From NCBI RefSeq assembly GCF_964204645.1, contig NC_134028.1, forward strand, positions 24,238,345-24,302,344: a DNA stretch of 64,000 nt. Direction: 5' to 3'. This stretch comes from Tubulanus polymorphus (lineage: Eukaryota; Animalia; Nemertea). Positions 63,530-64,000 of the stretch are shown one piece after another (position 1 is the first letter of the stretch; the number at the start of each line of letters is the position of its first letter). The position numbers were made by a program, and so were the translations under genes. The notes under the pieces are model-generated. The model did no database searches. It saw only the letters and a program-made list of their open reading frames with translations, and was not told the origin of the DNA.

Positions 63530-64000
63530 GCAATCTGTTTTCACCTCTCAGACAATCTGCTGTCTGTTTTCACCCCTTAGACAATCAGCTGTCTGTATCC
63601 TGCACCCCTTTCAGACAATCTGCTTGTCTGTACCCTGCTACCTGGTCAGACAATCTGCTGTCCGTTTTCGCCCGCTAAACCATCTACTGTCTGTATCCTG
63701 CACCCCTTTCAGACAATCTGCTGTCTGTACCCTGCACTCCCTCGGACAATCTGCTGTCCGTTTTCGCCCGCTAAACCATCTACTGTCTGTATCCTGCACC
63801 CCTTTCAGACAATCTGCTGTCTGTACCCTGCACTCCCTCGGACAATCTGCTGTCCGTTTTCGCCCGCTAAACCATCTACTGTCTGTATCCTGCACCCCTT
63901 TCAGACAATCTGCTGTCTGTACCCTGCACTCCCTCGGACAATCTGCTGTCTGTTTTCACCCCTTAGACAATCTGCTGTCCGTTTTCGCCCGCTAAACCAT
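63530..64000. repeat. Intronic minisatellite, 96-bp unit built from three subunits of about 32 bp
   Basis: GACAATCTGCTGTC subunit. The 32-aa period of ORF 63624..63995 reflects the 96-bp unit. Confidence 0.93.

Noticed and set aside
63624-63995. Repetitive Cys/His ORFs as zinc fingers
   Set aside because: They are translations of an intronic minisatellite downstream of the donor at 63409.

Overview
AT-rich, intron-containing animal DNA, read by eye with no database search. A Dmbx gene and a multi-exon HAP40 point to a non-vertebrate, non-insect animal, perhaps a lophotrochozoan (inference). Gene order: conventional PKC (minus; only exon 1 is here and intron 1 runs off the left edge), a CARD+death-domain adaptor (minus), a 19-exon long-chain acyl-CoA synthetase (plus) carrying two spliced antisense genes in its introns, Dmbx homeobox (plus), two near-identical copies of a dynamin-like-GTPase/DSTYK-type kinase gene (plus), RING1/RNF2 (minus), HAP40/F8A (plus), MBOAT7 (minus) and the start of a C2H2 zinc-finger gene (plus). 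The most unusual structure is at 36.6-54 kb. Two related non-autonomous TIR elements with 8-bp target duplications carry internal satellite arrays built from their own TIR motif. Both target the same core promoter about 20 bp apart. One appears to have left an excision footprint and also sits at the junction of a 5.75-kb direct duplication that copied the GTPase-kinase gene and the 3' end of RING1. Exon coordinates were checked by hand for splice dinucleotides and phase. A haplotype mis-join in the assembly cannot be excluded for the duplication.
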